DNA of 64,000 bases from an uncultured Planctomycetales bacterium (GTDB lineage: Bacteria; Omnitrophota; Gorgyraeia; Gygaellales; Profunditerraquicolaceae): contig CAZRVK010000004.1 in the NCBI GenBank assembly GCA_964603585.1, positions 438 through 64,437 on the forward strand. The letters are read 5' to 3'. This document shows positions 39,086 to 47,608 of this stretch, piece by piece (position 1 is the stretch's first letter; each line of letters opens with the position of its first letter). The notes beneath the pieces were generated by a model that made no database searches, was not told the origin of the DNA, and saw nothing but the letters and a program-made list of their open reading frames with translations. A program made the translations under genes and the position numbers.

Positions 39086-39686
39086 TCCGGAGATCGTTAA
39101 TTTTGTCTTAAAAGGCGCTCCCCGAGGGGCGCGGATACTCGATGTTGGCTGCGGCACCGGAAAATTGGCGGCAGCACTGAAACAAAAACTTCCCTGTCAT
39201 ATTTGCGGTATCGAGATCGATAAAGAAGCCGCAGATAAGGCTCGATCCAGTTGTGATGAGGTTATGGTTATAGACCTGGAGAATGTAATCGGTAAAAGCT
39301 CCGGCTTGGGATCTGCAAAAAAGTATGATCTGGTCATATTAGGGGATGTGTTGGAACACTTGACCCGCCCGGAGATTTTATTGCAGTCTTTGCATGATTT
39401 ACTCGAGGATAATGGCTTTATGGTTGTTTCCTTGCCTAATGTGGCTAATTGGATGATAAGGTTCGGGCTTCTTTTCGGTAATTTCGATTATTCCGGCGGG
39501 GTGCTTGACTGCGGACATTTGAAATTCTTTACCTATAAAAGCGCACGCAGGCTTTTGCAGGATAACGGATACCGGATCGTTGCAGTAATTAATAATAACC
39601 ATACTTTGCCGGTAAGGTTATTAGGCCGGATATGGATGAAAATGTTCGCTTTTCAGTTCGTGTTTAAATGCGTTAAAAGTATTTGA
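39066..39686 (+). CDS. Class I SAM-dependent methyltransferase
   Basis: ILDVGCGTGKL (motif I) and DLVILGDVLEHL. The conserved start is the ATG at 39066; the track ORF extends upstream into the GT4 gene. Confidence 0.75.
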   Translation: MVYDTINPEIVNFVLKGAPRGARILDVGCGTGKLAAALKQKLPCHICGIEIDKEAADKARSSCDEVMVIDLENVIGKSSGLGSAKKYDLVILGDVLEHLTRPEILLQSLHDLLEDNGFMVVSLPNVANWMIRFGLLFGNFDYSGGVLDCGHLKFFTYKSARRLLQDNGYRIVAVINNNHTLPVRLLGRIWMKMFAFQFVFKCVKSI

Positions 39687-39733
39687 TCCGGGTCCATTTT
39701 AACACTTATTTGTATCAATGAAAGGATAGCAAA

Positions 39734-40531
39734 GTGCCAACTGATAAGAAAATCATACAGGAATATTGGAGCAAAAATGTCCCCGGGCTTGATATTGCCT
39801 CGAAAAAATCTGAAGTGGATAAGAAGGAATTTTATTTGAAGGCTGATGAGTTCAGGTTTTTGAACGAGCCTTATGTACCGCCGCTAATTGATTCTTTTGT
39901 CGGTAAAGGAAAACGCATCCTGGAAATCGGCTGTGGACTGGGTTCTGACAGCCGGTATATGGCTAAATGCGGCGCGAATGTTACAAGCCTGGATTTGGCT
40001 TTTACCAATGTCTTATTTGCTACACGGGGAATGCGGCTTTTGGGTTTTAGCGGTAACGGGGTTTGCTCGGATTCAGAGAATCTGCCGTTTCCGGACGATA
40101 CCTTCGATGCCGTATATTCTTTTGGCGTTTTGCATCATACCCCCGGTACGCAAAAAGCGGTAAATGAGGTTTTTCGTGTATTAAAACCCGGAGGGAATGC
40201 GATCGTAATGCTTTATCATAAAGGCTACGCATATTTATATATAAACCTTCGTTATGGGATCAAGCGGTTTTTTGTTTCGGAAGAAAAACTGCTTAGTGAC
40301 CATTATGATTTTACCCCGCTTTCCAAGATGTATTCAAAGAAAGATGCAAAGAAGCTTTTTGCTCAATTTACTGATTTAAGTTTCGCAGTTACTACTTTTG
40401 CTTTTGGCGGGATCCAAATTGACCGAAAGCTAAGACTTATCCATTATCTTCTTAAAAACCGGTTTTTAATGGATAAATTAGGGCAGTTCCTGATCATTAA
40501 AGCGCAAAAACCAGTGAAAGATCAACTTTAG
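39734..40531 (+). CDS. Class I SAM-dependent methyltransferase (Methyltransf_11-like), GTG start
   Basis: ILEIGCGLGSDS (motif I), DAVYSFGVLHH and VLKPGGNAIV. GTG start with an AAAGGA RBS. Confidence 0.75.
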   Translation: MPTDKKIIQEYWSKNVPGLDIASKKSEVDKKEFYLKADEFRFLNEPYVPPLIDSFVGKGKRILEIGCGLGSDSRYMAKCGANVTSLDLAFTNVLFATRGMRLLGFSGNGVCSDSENLPFPDDTFDAVYSFGVLHHTPGTQKAVNEVFRVLKPGGNAIVMLYHKGYAYLYINLRYGIKRFFVSEEKLLSDHYDFTPLSKMYSKKDAKKLFAQFTDLSFAVTTFAFGGIQIDRKLRLIHYLLKNRFLMDKLGQFLIIKAQKPVKDQL

Positions 40532-40573
40532 TATTGTTATTTTATCGAGAGATAATCGAAAGGAGCAGTAATT

Positions 40574-41296
40574 TTGGCTAACCATCCTAAAAAGGTAAAA
40601 TTTAAGGAGTGGCTTTATATTGTCTTCAGTAAGTTCGGTGTAACCGTTTTTCAAAAGCTTTTTGCGGATTATTTCGGAAAGCTTCCGCTTAAGCCTACTG
40701 ACCGGTATATTGAATACCCTTTTGTTACGCGTAATTTACCTAAGCCTCCGGCGAAGGTTTTGGATGTTGGCTGTGCCGGGAGTTTCTTTCCGCTTATTTT
40801 AGCCGGATTCGGGTATAATGTTTGCGGAATAGATATCAGGGAGTTTGCGGTCACTAACCGGATCAAGTTCGATAATTTCCGTTTTATTCAGGAGGATATA
40901 CGCCAGGCAAGCCTTTCGGATAATTATTTTGATGCGGTGACCGCTGTTTCTACGATCGAACATATCGGGATTGGCGGAAGGTACGGGATGAATGATGATC
41001 TCCAAGGCGATAAGAAAACGCTTGAAGAGATCAGGCGGGTCCTTAAGCCTGGTGGAGTAGCACTTCTTACCATTCCTTTTGGCCGGGCAAAGATCGTTAA
41101 ACCATATTTGCGGGTTTATGATGCCGCCAGGCTGGATTATCTGGCAGAAGGCTTTGTGATCGAATCAAAGGAGTTTTATATGGAAGATAATACTACCGAT
41201 GATTGGGTTAAATGCCTTGAGTCAGATACGTTGCTATTGGATACCAAGCCAGATCGCTATGCCTTATGCCTGGTAAAACTTAGAAAGCAATCTTAG
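40574..41296 (+). CDS. Methyltransferase-fold protein (DUF268-like), TTG start
   Basis: VLDVGCAGSFF (motif I-like), DAVTAVSTIEHIG and VLKPGGVALL. Paralogous to the next gene. Confidence 0.5.
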   Translation: MANHPKKVKFKEWLYIVFSKFGVTVFQKLFADYFGKLPLKPTDRYIEYPFVTRNLPKPPAKVLDVGCAGSFFPLILAGFGYNVCGIDIREFAVTNRIKFDNFRFIQEDIRQASLSDNYFDAVTAVSTIEHIGIGGRYGMNDDLQGDKKTLEEIRRVLKPGGVALLTIPFGRAKIVKPYLRVYDAARLDYLAEGFVIESKEFYMEDNTTDDWVKCLESDTLLLDTKPDRYALCLVKLRKQS

Positions 41297-41308
41297 GAGG
41301 AGGAAAGT

Positions 41309-42022
41309 GTGAACAAGATTCCTATAAAAGATAGAGTGGCCAATAAGATCGCATGTATGCTCAAAACCGTCAAAAGCGGAAGATTTGCCTACCAAAGGTT
41401 CCTATTTACGTATTTTGTTTATCATTTCCTTTTCATCCTGAAATTTGATTACCCAAAGTTAGTGGAGTGGAAGTTCATCCTAAGGCATTTCCCGCGGCGC
41501 AAAGGCTTACGCATACTGGATGTCGGCTCTACTTCTAATTTATTCATCCACGAGCTTGCCCGAAGGGGAAAGATCATTGCCATGGACAGCCGTCCTTATT
41601 TCGAGAGGCTCCCGAAAAAGATAAAATTCGTGCAATGCGATATTCTTCGTGCGCCGTTTGCCCCAAAGAGTTTTGATGTCGTTACGATTATTTCGGTAAT
41701 TGAGCACATTGGTTTGGGTTTTTATGACGACCCGCTTTATAATGACGGTGATCTTGAGGCGATGCGCAAGCTGAAAGAATTGCTGGCTGACGGGGGAGTA
41801 ATTTTCCTGACAACCTTAGTAGGTGATAAATATGCGGTTAGCAGTGACGCCAATGAACGGATCTATGACAAGGCGCGTTTTCGCCGGCTAATCCAGGATT
41901 TTAAAGTGATTAATGAGAATTACTATATTTTCCGGAATAGATGGGTTTCGGTTAGCAGTAGTGAAGCTTTTAAGGAGCCGGCTTCGCGCTTTGCCCTGGC
42001 TTGCGTTGAGTTAAAAGCCTGA
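41309..42022 (+). CDS. Methyltransferase-fold protein (DUF268-like), GTG start
   Basis: ILDVGSTSNLF, DVVTIISVIEHIG and LLADGGVIFL. A strong AGGAGGAGG RBS. Paralog of 40574-41296. Confidence 0.5.
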   Translation: MNKIPIKDRVANKIACMLKTVKSGRFAYQRFLFTYFVYHFLFILKFDYPKLVEWKFILRHFPRRKGLRILDVGSTSNLFIHELARRGKIIAMDSRPYFERLPKKIKFVQCDILRAPFAPKSFDVVTIISVIEHIGLGFYDDPLYNDGDLEAMRKLKELLADGGVIFLTTLVGDKYAVSSDANERIYDKARFRRLIQDFKVINENYYIFRNRWVSVSSSEAFKEPASRFALACVELKA

Positions 42023-42037
42023 ATACAACAATAATAT

Positions 42038-43915
42038 TTGTTTGCGATGAACGTAAGAATTAAATACAGGATATGGCCGGATATTTTGGTGGCTGCGTTT
42101 TTTTGCGGGCTTATTTTTTTGGCCACATTTCCTTTGTTCCTGAAGGCGGCAAGATATCTGCCTGGTTTTTTTTCCACAGACGAATCATATGCTATTTGCT
42201 GGAACGCCTGGTTTAACCGGCTTGCTTTTTTAAATAATTATTCCTTGAAGTTTACGGATTATATCGCTTATCCTTTTGGTGTGGAGTTTTATAAAAACAG
42301 CCCGGTTGTTTATGCCTGGATCCTGGTTAATTATGTATTCGCCGTTTTAACCACCCCTGTCCTTACCTATAATTTCCAGATCTTCATTAATTTTCTGCTT
42401 AATGCGTTTTTAACTTACCTGCTTGTTGTTAGATTAACGAAAAATATTCTTGCGGGCGTATTCTCCGGGGTGATTTTCGGGTTTTGCCCATATATCTTTA
42501 TGCGTTCGTGGCAGCACCTGGGAGAAACATACCTTTGGATGATGCCGATGTTGCTTTTTAGCATTTTTGCCCTGCAAAAAGAAGGGTTTTTAAGGCTAAA
42601 AGTGATCTTTATCCTTAGCCTGGTGTTTACCACCTTAAATGGAAATGCGTTCCTTTATATGCCATTGTTACTGCTTACATTTTTCATTTTTTCCTCTGTC
42701 CGCATTTTAGCCGATAAGTTCATCCGCAAATCAGATCCGGCGCATGTAGGGCCGCAAATCAAACTGCTCGTCCAGCTTTTACTGCTTGTTGCGGCAGCCG
42801 TTATTTTGTTGCTTCCGCAGATATATCCGATCATCCGTAATTCTGTTTTGCACAAAGCGACTACTCCGGATGTCTGGAATGTCTATAATCGTCCCTTTGA
42901 GGATTTATTTACGCAATCTGCCCGGCCGCTTAGTTATTTCCTGCCTTCATCGGTTCATCCGGTTTTTGGCAAATTTACCCAGTATTTGGTAGGAAATAAG
43001 CTTTATGGGATCAGTTTTACCGAACATACATTGTATTTGGGCTGGATACCGCTTCTCCTGTCGTTTGTGGCATTGCGCCGGTGGATCAAAAACCGGAAAT
43101 CAAGAACTTACCCGGATGGAGACTTAAATCTCCGGGATAATGAGAATTATTATCTTGGTTTTTTTATTTTATTGGCGGTGTTAGCGTGGTTTTGTTCACA
43201 ACCGCCGTGGTGGAATATATTTGGTTTCAGAATATATATGCCCTCATTCTTTATCTATAAGGTCATACCAGTTTTCCGGGCTTACTGCAGGTTTGGGATC
43301 GTAGTTATGCTTGCGGTAGCAGTTTTAGCTGGATTCGGCTTGAAGTTTCTCCTGGAAAGATTCAAAAGACGCATATCCAGGATAGCAGTGGCTGTTTTGT
43401 TTTGTGTTTTAGTCTTATTCGAGTTCTGGAGTTGGCCGCCTTTTAAGGTGATCGATGTGTCGAATTTCCCGGCAGTTTATTCTTGGCTTAAGGAGCAGCC
43501 CAGGGATATCATTATCGCAGAGTATCCTTTGGATTCCGGTTCACCTAATGAGATGTATAAGTTATATCAAATCAAACATGAGAAGCGAATGATCAATGGA
43601 ACGATCCCCGGAAGTAAAGCTCATAAATTCGCACAGCAAATAACGAAATTATCATCCGCCTACACCGCGGGAGTCCTGAAATGGATGGGGGTTAAATATG
43701 TTTTGGTGCATAAGGATGGATATTTGCGCACTGATTTGGTCGAGGATATCAGAGAGTTAAGCCTGATCCCGGCGAATAAAGGCTTGAAGTTAGTAGGCAG
43801 TTTTGCTGCCCAAGAATGCCCAAGAAGAGATATTATGTGCATACAGGCTACCGATGAAATCGATATCTATGAAGTGGTTGCATTGCCGGTAAAGCCCGAA
43901 ATGGGAGGTAATTAA
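42038..43915 (+). CDS. Polytopic membrane protein, putative GT-C-fold glycosyltransferase (YfhO-like)
   Basis: 625 aa with 12 or more TM helices and a C-terminal soluble domain. An ATG at 42047 is also possible. Confidence 0.4.
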   Translation: MFAMNVRIKYRIWPDILVAAFFCGLIFLATFPLFLKAARYLPGFFSTDESYAICWNAWFNRLAFLNNYSLKFTDYIAYPFGVEFYKNSPVVYAWILVNYVFAVLTTPVLTYNFQIFINFLLNAFLTYLLVVRLTKNILAGVFSGVIFGFCPYIFMRSWQHLGETYLWMMPMLLFSIFALQKEGFLRLKVIFILSLVFTTLNGNAFLYMPLLLLTFFIFSSVRILADKFIRKSDPAHVGPQIKLLVQLLLLVAAAVILLLPQIYPIIRNSVLHKATTPDVWNVYNRPFEDLFTQSARPLSYFLPSSVHPVFGKFTQYLVGNKLYGISFTEHTLYLGWIPLLLSFVALRRWIKNRKSRTYPDGDLNLRDNENYYLGFFILLAVLAWFCSQPPWWNIFGFRIYMPSFFIYKVIPVFRAYCRFGIVVMLAVAVLAGFGLKFLLERFKRRISRIAVAVLFCVLVLFEFWSWPPFKVIDVSNFPAVYSWLKEQPRDIIIAEYPLDSGSPNEMYKLYQIKHEKRMINGTIPGSKAHKFAQQITKLSSAYTAGVLKWMGVKYVLVHKDGYLRTDLVEDIRELSLIPANKGLKLVGSFAAQECPRRDIMCIQATDEIDIYEVVALPVKPEMGGN

Positions 43916-43934
43916 GATTACTGGAGGTAATGAA

Positions 43935-44309
43935 ATGAAACGTTCTTTTAATTTAGCGATGGCGGGTTTTTCTGCCGCAATATTAATGATTTCCAACTGT
44001 TTATTTTTATCTTATGGTTTTTCTCAAGAACAAGAGGATGAATATGAGGCGGCCTCTGAAATGCAGACTGCAAGCGTAAGAGGCGTAGTGGTTTCAGTTG
44101 ATCATAATCTGGGGCTTTTGGTTATCCGTCAGATTGAAGAAGGCGCAGGCGTATTCAATATCTATGTGGTCAAAAGAACCACTTTTGAAGTTGTGGATTC
44201 CCTGAAAAACATTTCTGCAGGCGATAAGCTAAGCATCGATTATTTTGTTTATAAAGGGCAGATGATCGCAGACAATATCATCCGTCAGGAAAAGTTCATT
44301 GCGCCGTAA
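43935..44309 (+). CDS. Small secreted/periplasmic hypothetical protein
   Basis: Signal peptide (MKRSFNLAMAGFSAAILMISNCLF) and a GGAGGT RBS. 124 aa with no recognisable domain. Confidence 0.4.
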   Translation: MKRSFNLAMAGFSAAILMISNCLFLSYGFSQEQEDEYEAASEMQTASVRGVVVSVDHNLGLLVIRQIEEGAGVFNIYVVKRTTFEVVDSLKNISAGDKLSIDYFVYKGQMIADNIIRQEKFIAP

Positions 44310-44433
44310 CCGCAATCCATAAAACCCGCATTTTCTTTCTGCAAAACAAGTCTTTCAAAAAGCAGAATCTATGATAAAATATAGGTTAAATTGCTGATTA
44401 TTACTCCGGTAAATATCCCCTAAAGGATTGTTA

Positions 44434-46248
44434 ATGAAGATTTTAGGAATTTCCTGTTTTTATCATGATAGCGCTGCTTGCCTCTTGCAGGATGGCCAGA
44501 TCATTGCCGCTGCCCAGGAAGAACGCTTTACCCGAAAAAAGCATGATTTTAATTTCCCAAGCAATGCCATTAACTGGTGTCTGTCAAGTAGAGGTATCAG
44601 TGTAAAAGACCTGGATTTTATCTCCTTTTATGATAAACCTTTTATTAAGTTCGAAAGGATACTTGAGACATCCCTTGCTTATGCGCCTTCCGGGATAACC
44701 CAGTTTATCCAGGCAATCCCCCTATGGCTTAAGCAAAAACTATGGATCCCGGAGATTATACGTAAAGAACTGCATTATGAGGGGAAGATCCTGTTTTGCG
44801 CCCACCATGAATCGCATGCAGCAAGTGCGTTTTATCCATCCCCATTCAAGGAAGCGGCATTTCTGACCTTGGATGGAGTGGGTGAGTGGGAAACTGCGAG
44901 TTTTGGCATAGGCAAAGGTAATAATTTAGATCTGCAATATGATCTTCGATTTCCCCATTCTTTGGGTTTATTATACTCAACCTTTACTTATTATTGTGGT
45001 TTTAGGGTTAATTCCGGGGAGTATAAGCTGATGGGGCTGGCCCCTTACGGAGACCCTAAATATGCGGATTTGATCCTTAAAGAGTTGATCGATCTAAAAG
45101 AAGACGGATCGTTTAAGATGAATATGCGGTATTTCGGGTATTGTAATGGTTTACGTATGACCAATGGTAACTTTGAGAAGCTTTTTGCCGGCCCTCCCCG
45201 AAAACCAGAATCTGGGATCACTCAAAAAGAGATGGATATTGCCGCATCTATCCAGGAGGTAACGGAAAAGATCATGCTGAAAATCAGCCGGCATGTGCAT
45301 AAAATAACCGGGATGGATAAGCTTTGTCTGGCAGGCGGGGTAGCCTTAAATTGCGTGGCTAATTACAAGATCTTAAAAGATGGTTTGTTTAAAGATATCT
45401 GGATCCAGCCGGCGAGCGGTGATGCCGGAGGCGCTTTGGGCGCGGCTTTACTTGTTTGGTATAAATATCTTGGCAATAAACGGATCGTTGATGAAGAAAA
45501 TGACCTGCAAAAGGCGTCTTTATTAGGCCCGGAGTATTCAGATGCCTTTATCAAGGATTTCTTAAAAAATAATTCGGTGCCTTACCGTAAATTGTCTTCT
45601 GCTGAAATACCTGCGGTTACGGCGGACCTGATCATCAGTGGCAAGGTGATCGGCTGGTTTCAAGGCCGCATGGAATTTGGCCCCCGGGCATTGGGCGCGC
45701 GCAGTATTATCGGCGATGCGCGGAACAGCCAAATGCAGTCAAAAATGAATTTAAAGATAAAATACCGGGAATCTTTCAGGCCTTTTGCGCCAACTGTTTT
45801 GAAAGAGCATGTGTCGGAATGGTTCGACCTGGATAAAGAAAGCCCGTATATGCTTTTAGTCGCGCCCGTCAGCCGGGATAAAAGAGTGAAGGTGGATGAT
45901 TCTTTGCATTTTAGCGGTTTTGATCGGTTAAAAATCGAGCGCTCTTTGATCCCGGCAGTGACCCATGTAGATTATTCTGCACGGGTGCAGACAATAAAAC
46001 GCCAGGATAATCCTCTTTATTATGACCTGATCGATGCTGTATATGCCAAAACCGGCTGTCCGGTCATAATCAATACTTCCTTTAATGTCCGGGGGGAGCC
46101 ATTAGTGTGTACCCCGGAAGATGCATTTCGCTGTTTTATGCGTACCGAAATGGATTATTTGGTGATGGGATCATTTTTACTTGATAAAAAGGCGCAAGAA
46201 CCCATTGAAAAAAGTAACGCCTGGGAAAAAGAGTTCGTGCTTGATTAA
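44434..46248 (+). CDS. Carbamoyltransferase (NodU/CmcH/TobZ family)
   Basis: MKILGISCFYHDSAACLL..AAAQEERFTRKKHD (Kae1-like Carbam_trans_N) and a C-terminal carbamoyltransferase domain. The ATG at 44434 has an AAAGGA RBS. Confidence 0.85.
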   Translation: MKILGISCFYHDSAACLLQDGQIIAAAQEERFTRKKHDFNFPSNAINWCLSSRGISVKDLDFISFYDKPFIKFERILETSLAYAPSGITQFIQAIPLWLKQKLWIPEIIRKELHYEGKILFCAHHESHAASAFYPSPFKEAAFLTLDGVGEWETASFGIGKGNNLDLQYDLRFPHSLGLLYSTFTYYCGFRVNSGEYKLMGLAPYGDPKYADLILKELIDLKEDGSFKMNMRYFGYCNGLRMTNGNFEKLFAGPPRKPESGITQKEMDIAASIQEVTEKIMLKISRHVHKITGMDKLCLAGGVALNCVANYKILKDGLFKDIWIQPASGDAGGALGAALLVWYKYLGNKRIVDEENDLQKASLLGPEYSDAFIKDFLKNNSVPYRKLSSAEIPAVTADLIISGKVIGWFQGRMEFGPRALGARSIIGDARNSQMQSKMNLKIKYRESFRPFAPTVLKEHVSEWFDLDKESPYMLLVAPVSRDKRVKVDDSLHFSGFDRLKIERSLIPAVTHVDYSARVQTIKRQDNPLYYDLIDAVYAKTGCPVIINTSFNVRGEPLVCTPEDAFRCFMRTEMDYLVMGSFLLDKKAQEPIEKSNAWEKEFVLD

Positions 46249-46650
46249 ATGGAAAAGACTAAAGCAGATAAGAATAAATTACGGGAATTTGCGCTGGTAA
46301 TGGCGGCGGGTTTTTTGGCTGTCAGCGCGATCGTTTTATTCCGGCAAAGGACAAATCCATTCACCTGCGTTCTATTGGCTGCCGGATTTGCTTTTTTGGG
46401 AATATTTCTGCCGTTGGCGCTTAAGCCGTTTTATATGGCATGGATGAAGCTGGCTTTTATCTTGAGCTGGATAAATACCCGCCTCATCCTGGTAATTATA
46501 TTTTATCTTCTTTTTACGCCCCTGGGCATACTTATGCGGCTGTTTGGAAAGGATCTTTTGGAGAAAAGAATCGATCGGAATAAAGACAGCTATTGGCGAA
46601 AGAGGGAAGTAAAGGCTTTTCAGCAAACCGATTACGAACATCAATTTTAA
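46249..46650 (+). CDS. SxtJ-like small membrane protein
   Basis: 133 aa with 3-4 TM helices, immediately downstream of the carbamoyltransferase as in sxtI-sxtJ-sxtK arrangements. Confidence 0.45.
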   Translation: MEKTKADKNKLREFALVMAAGFLAVSAIVLFRQRTNPFTCVLLAAGFAFLGIFLPLALKPFYMAWMKLAFILSWINTRLILVIIFYLLFTPLGILMRLFGKDLLEKRIDRNKDSYWRKREVKAFQQTDYEHQF

Positions 46651-46659
46651 GGAGGCAAG

Positions 46660-46818
46660 ATGGGGAAAATTTCAATGATCAAAGAGTTCTGGGGGTTTTT
46701 GCGGGTAAGGAAAAAATGGTGGCTGGCTCCGATCATTATCGTGCTTTTTCTCCTGGGGGCGCTGATATTCTTTACGCAATCGTCTGCGGTTGCGCCATTT
46801 ATTTATACCTTGTTCTAA
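46660..46818 (+). CDS. SxtK-like / DUF5989 small membrane protein, 52 aa (not in supplied ORF track)
   Basis: Manual translation gives MGKISMIKEFWGFLRVRKKWWLAPIIIVLFLLGALIFFTQSSAVAPFIYTLF. The KKWWLAPII..SSAVAPFIYTLF signature matches the DUF5989/SxtK family. Strong SD (taaGGAGGcaag) 5 nt upstream. Confidence 0.6.
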   Translation: MGKISMIKEFWGFLRVRKKWWLAPIIIVLFLLGALIFFTQSSAVAPFIYTLF

Positions 46819-46830
46819 ACGGAGGTGGAG

Positions 46831-47601
46831 ATGAAGAAAATTATCCTGATCCTTGTAATCGGTTTAGCGGTTTTTATCGTTTTTACTTACCGCAGTAACA
46901 GCGATCCTAAAGCGATTATTTCGAAACTTACGGCTGGCGGCCCCATTAAAGACGGGGATTTGCATTACAGGCTTTTTCTGTTTGGCCTGATCCCGGTTGG
47001 GGATGCGGTTATCGAGCGGTGGAGATTAGAAGATTTTCAAGCCACTAAGGTATATCATCTTAGGGCCAGCGCTAAAACTACCCAACTGATCTCTATTTTC
47101 TTGAATGCAGAAGCGGTGCTTGATTCTTACGTTAATATTATGGACAACAACCCGCTTTTTTTTACACAAAAGATCCTTATTGCCGGAAAGCCAGATTCGG
47201 TCAAGGCCGTCAGTTATGACCAAAAGAACAAAACCATGTCGAAAGCCGGGCAGGACCGCGCAATATTTCCGGACACCCAGGATTTTTTATCGGCGGTATT
47301 CAATATCCGGCGCATGAATTTTGATAAGCTGAAGGATATTGAGCTTAGCATTAACACTAATCAGAAAAATTATGTATTGAGGGGAAGTGTCAGTGCTGAC
47401 GATATTGCGATTCGCGGGAAAACATATAAGACTGCGCGCCTTAAAGGGCAGATCCGCCGCCGGGATAAGGATAATCCGTATCACCGTTCCGAGCTTACGG
47501 TAGTGCTCTTAAAAGATAACGCTAATATTCCGGTTTTGATCAAGGTGTTTGCAAGCGGCGGTTTGATCAATATACGGCTTACAGGATCGTCTGCAAACTA
47601 A
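46831..47601 (+). CDS. Secreted hypothetical protein (DUF3108-like)
   Basis: Signal peptide MKKIILILVIGLAVFIVF. About 255 aa with beta-rich composition. The ATG at 46831 follows GGAGGTGGAG. Confidence 0.4.
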   Translation: MKKIILILVIGLAVFIVFTYRSNSDPKAIISKLTAGGPIKDGDLHYRLFLFGLIPVGDAVIERWRLEDFQATKVYHLRASAKTTQLISIFLNAEAVLDSYVNIMDNNPLFFTQKILIAGKPDSVKAVSYDQKNKTMSKAGQDRAIFPDTQDFLSAVFNIRRMNFDKLKDIELSINTNQKNYVLRGSVSADDIAIRGKTYKTARLKGQIRRRDKDNPYHRSELTVVLLKDNANIPVLIKVFASGGLINIRLTGSSAN

Positions 47602-47608
47602 ATTAATT

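Noticed and set aside
46593-46898. 101-aa + strand ORF from the track spanning the SxtJ/SxtK/DUF3108 junction
   Set aside because: It is out of frame with three well-supported, RBS-preceded genes it overlaps (46249-46650, 46660-46818, 46831-47601). Its composition is Gly/Arg-rich, as in off-frame translation.
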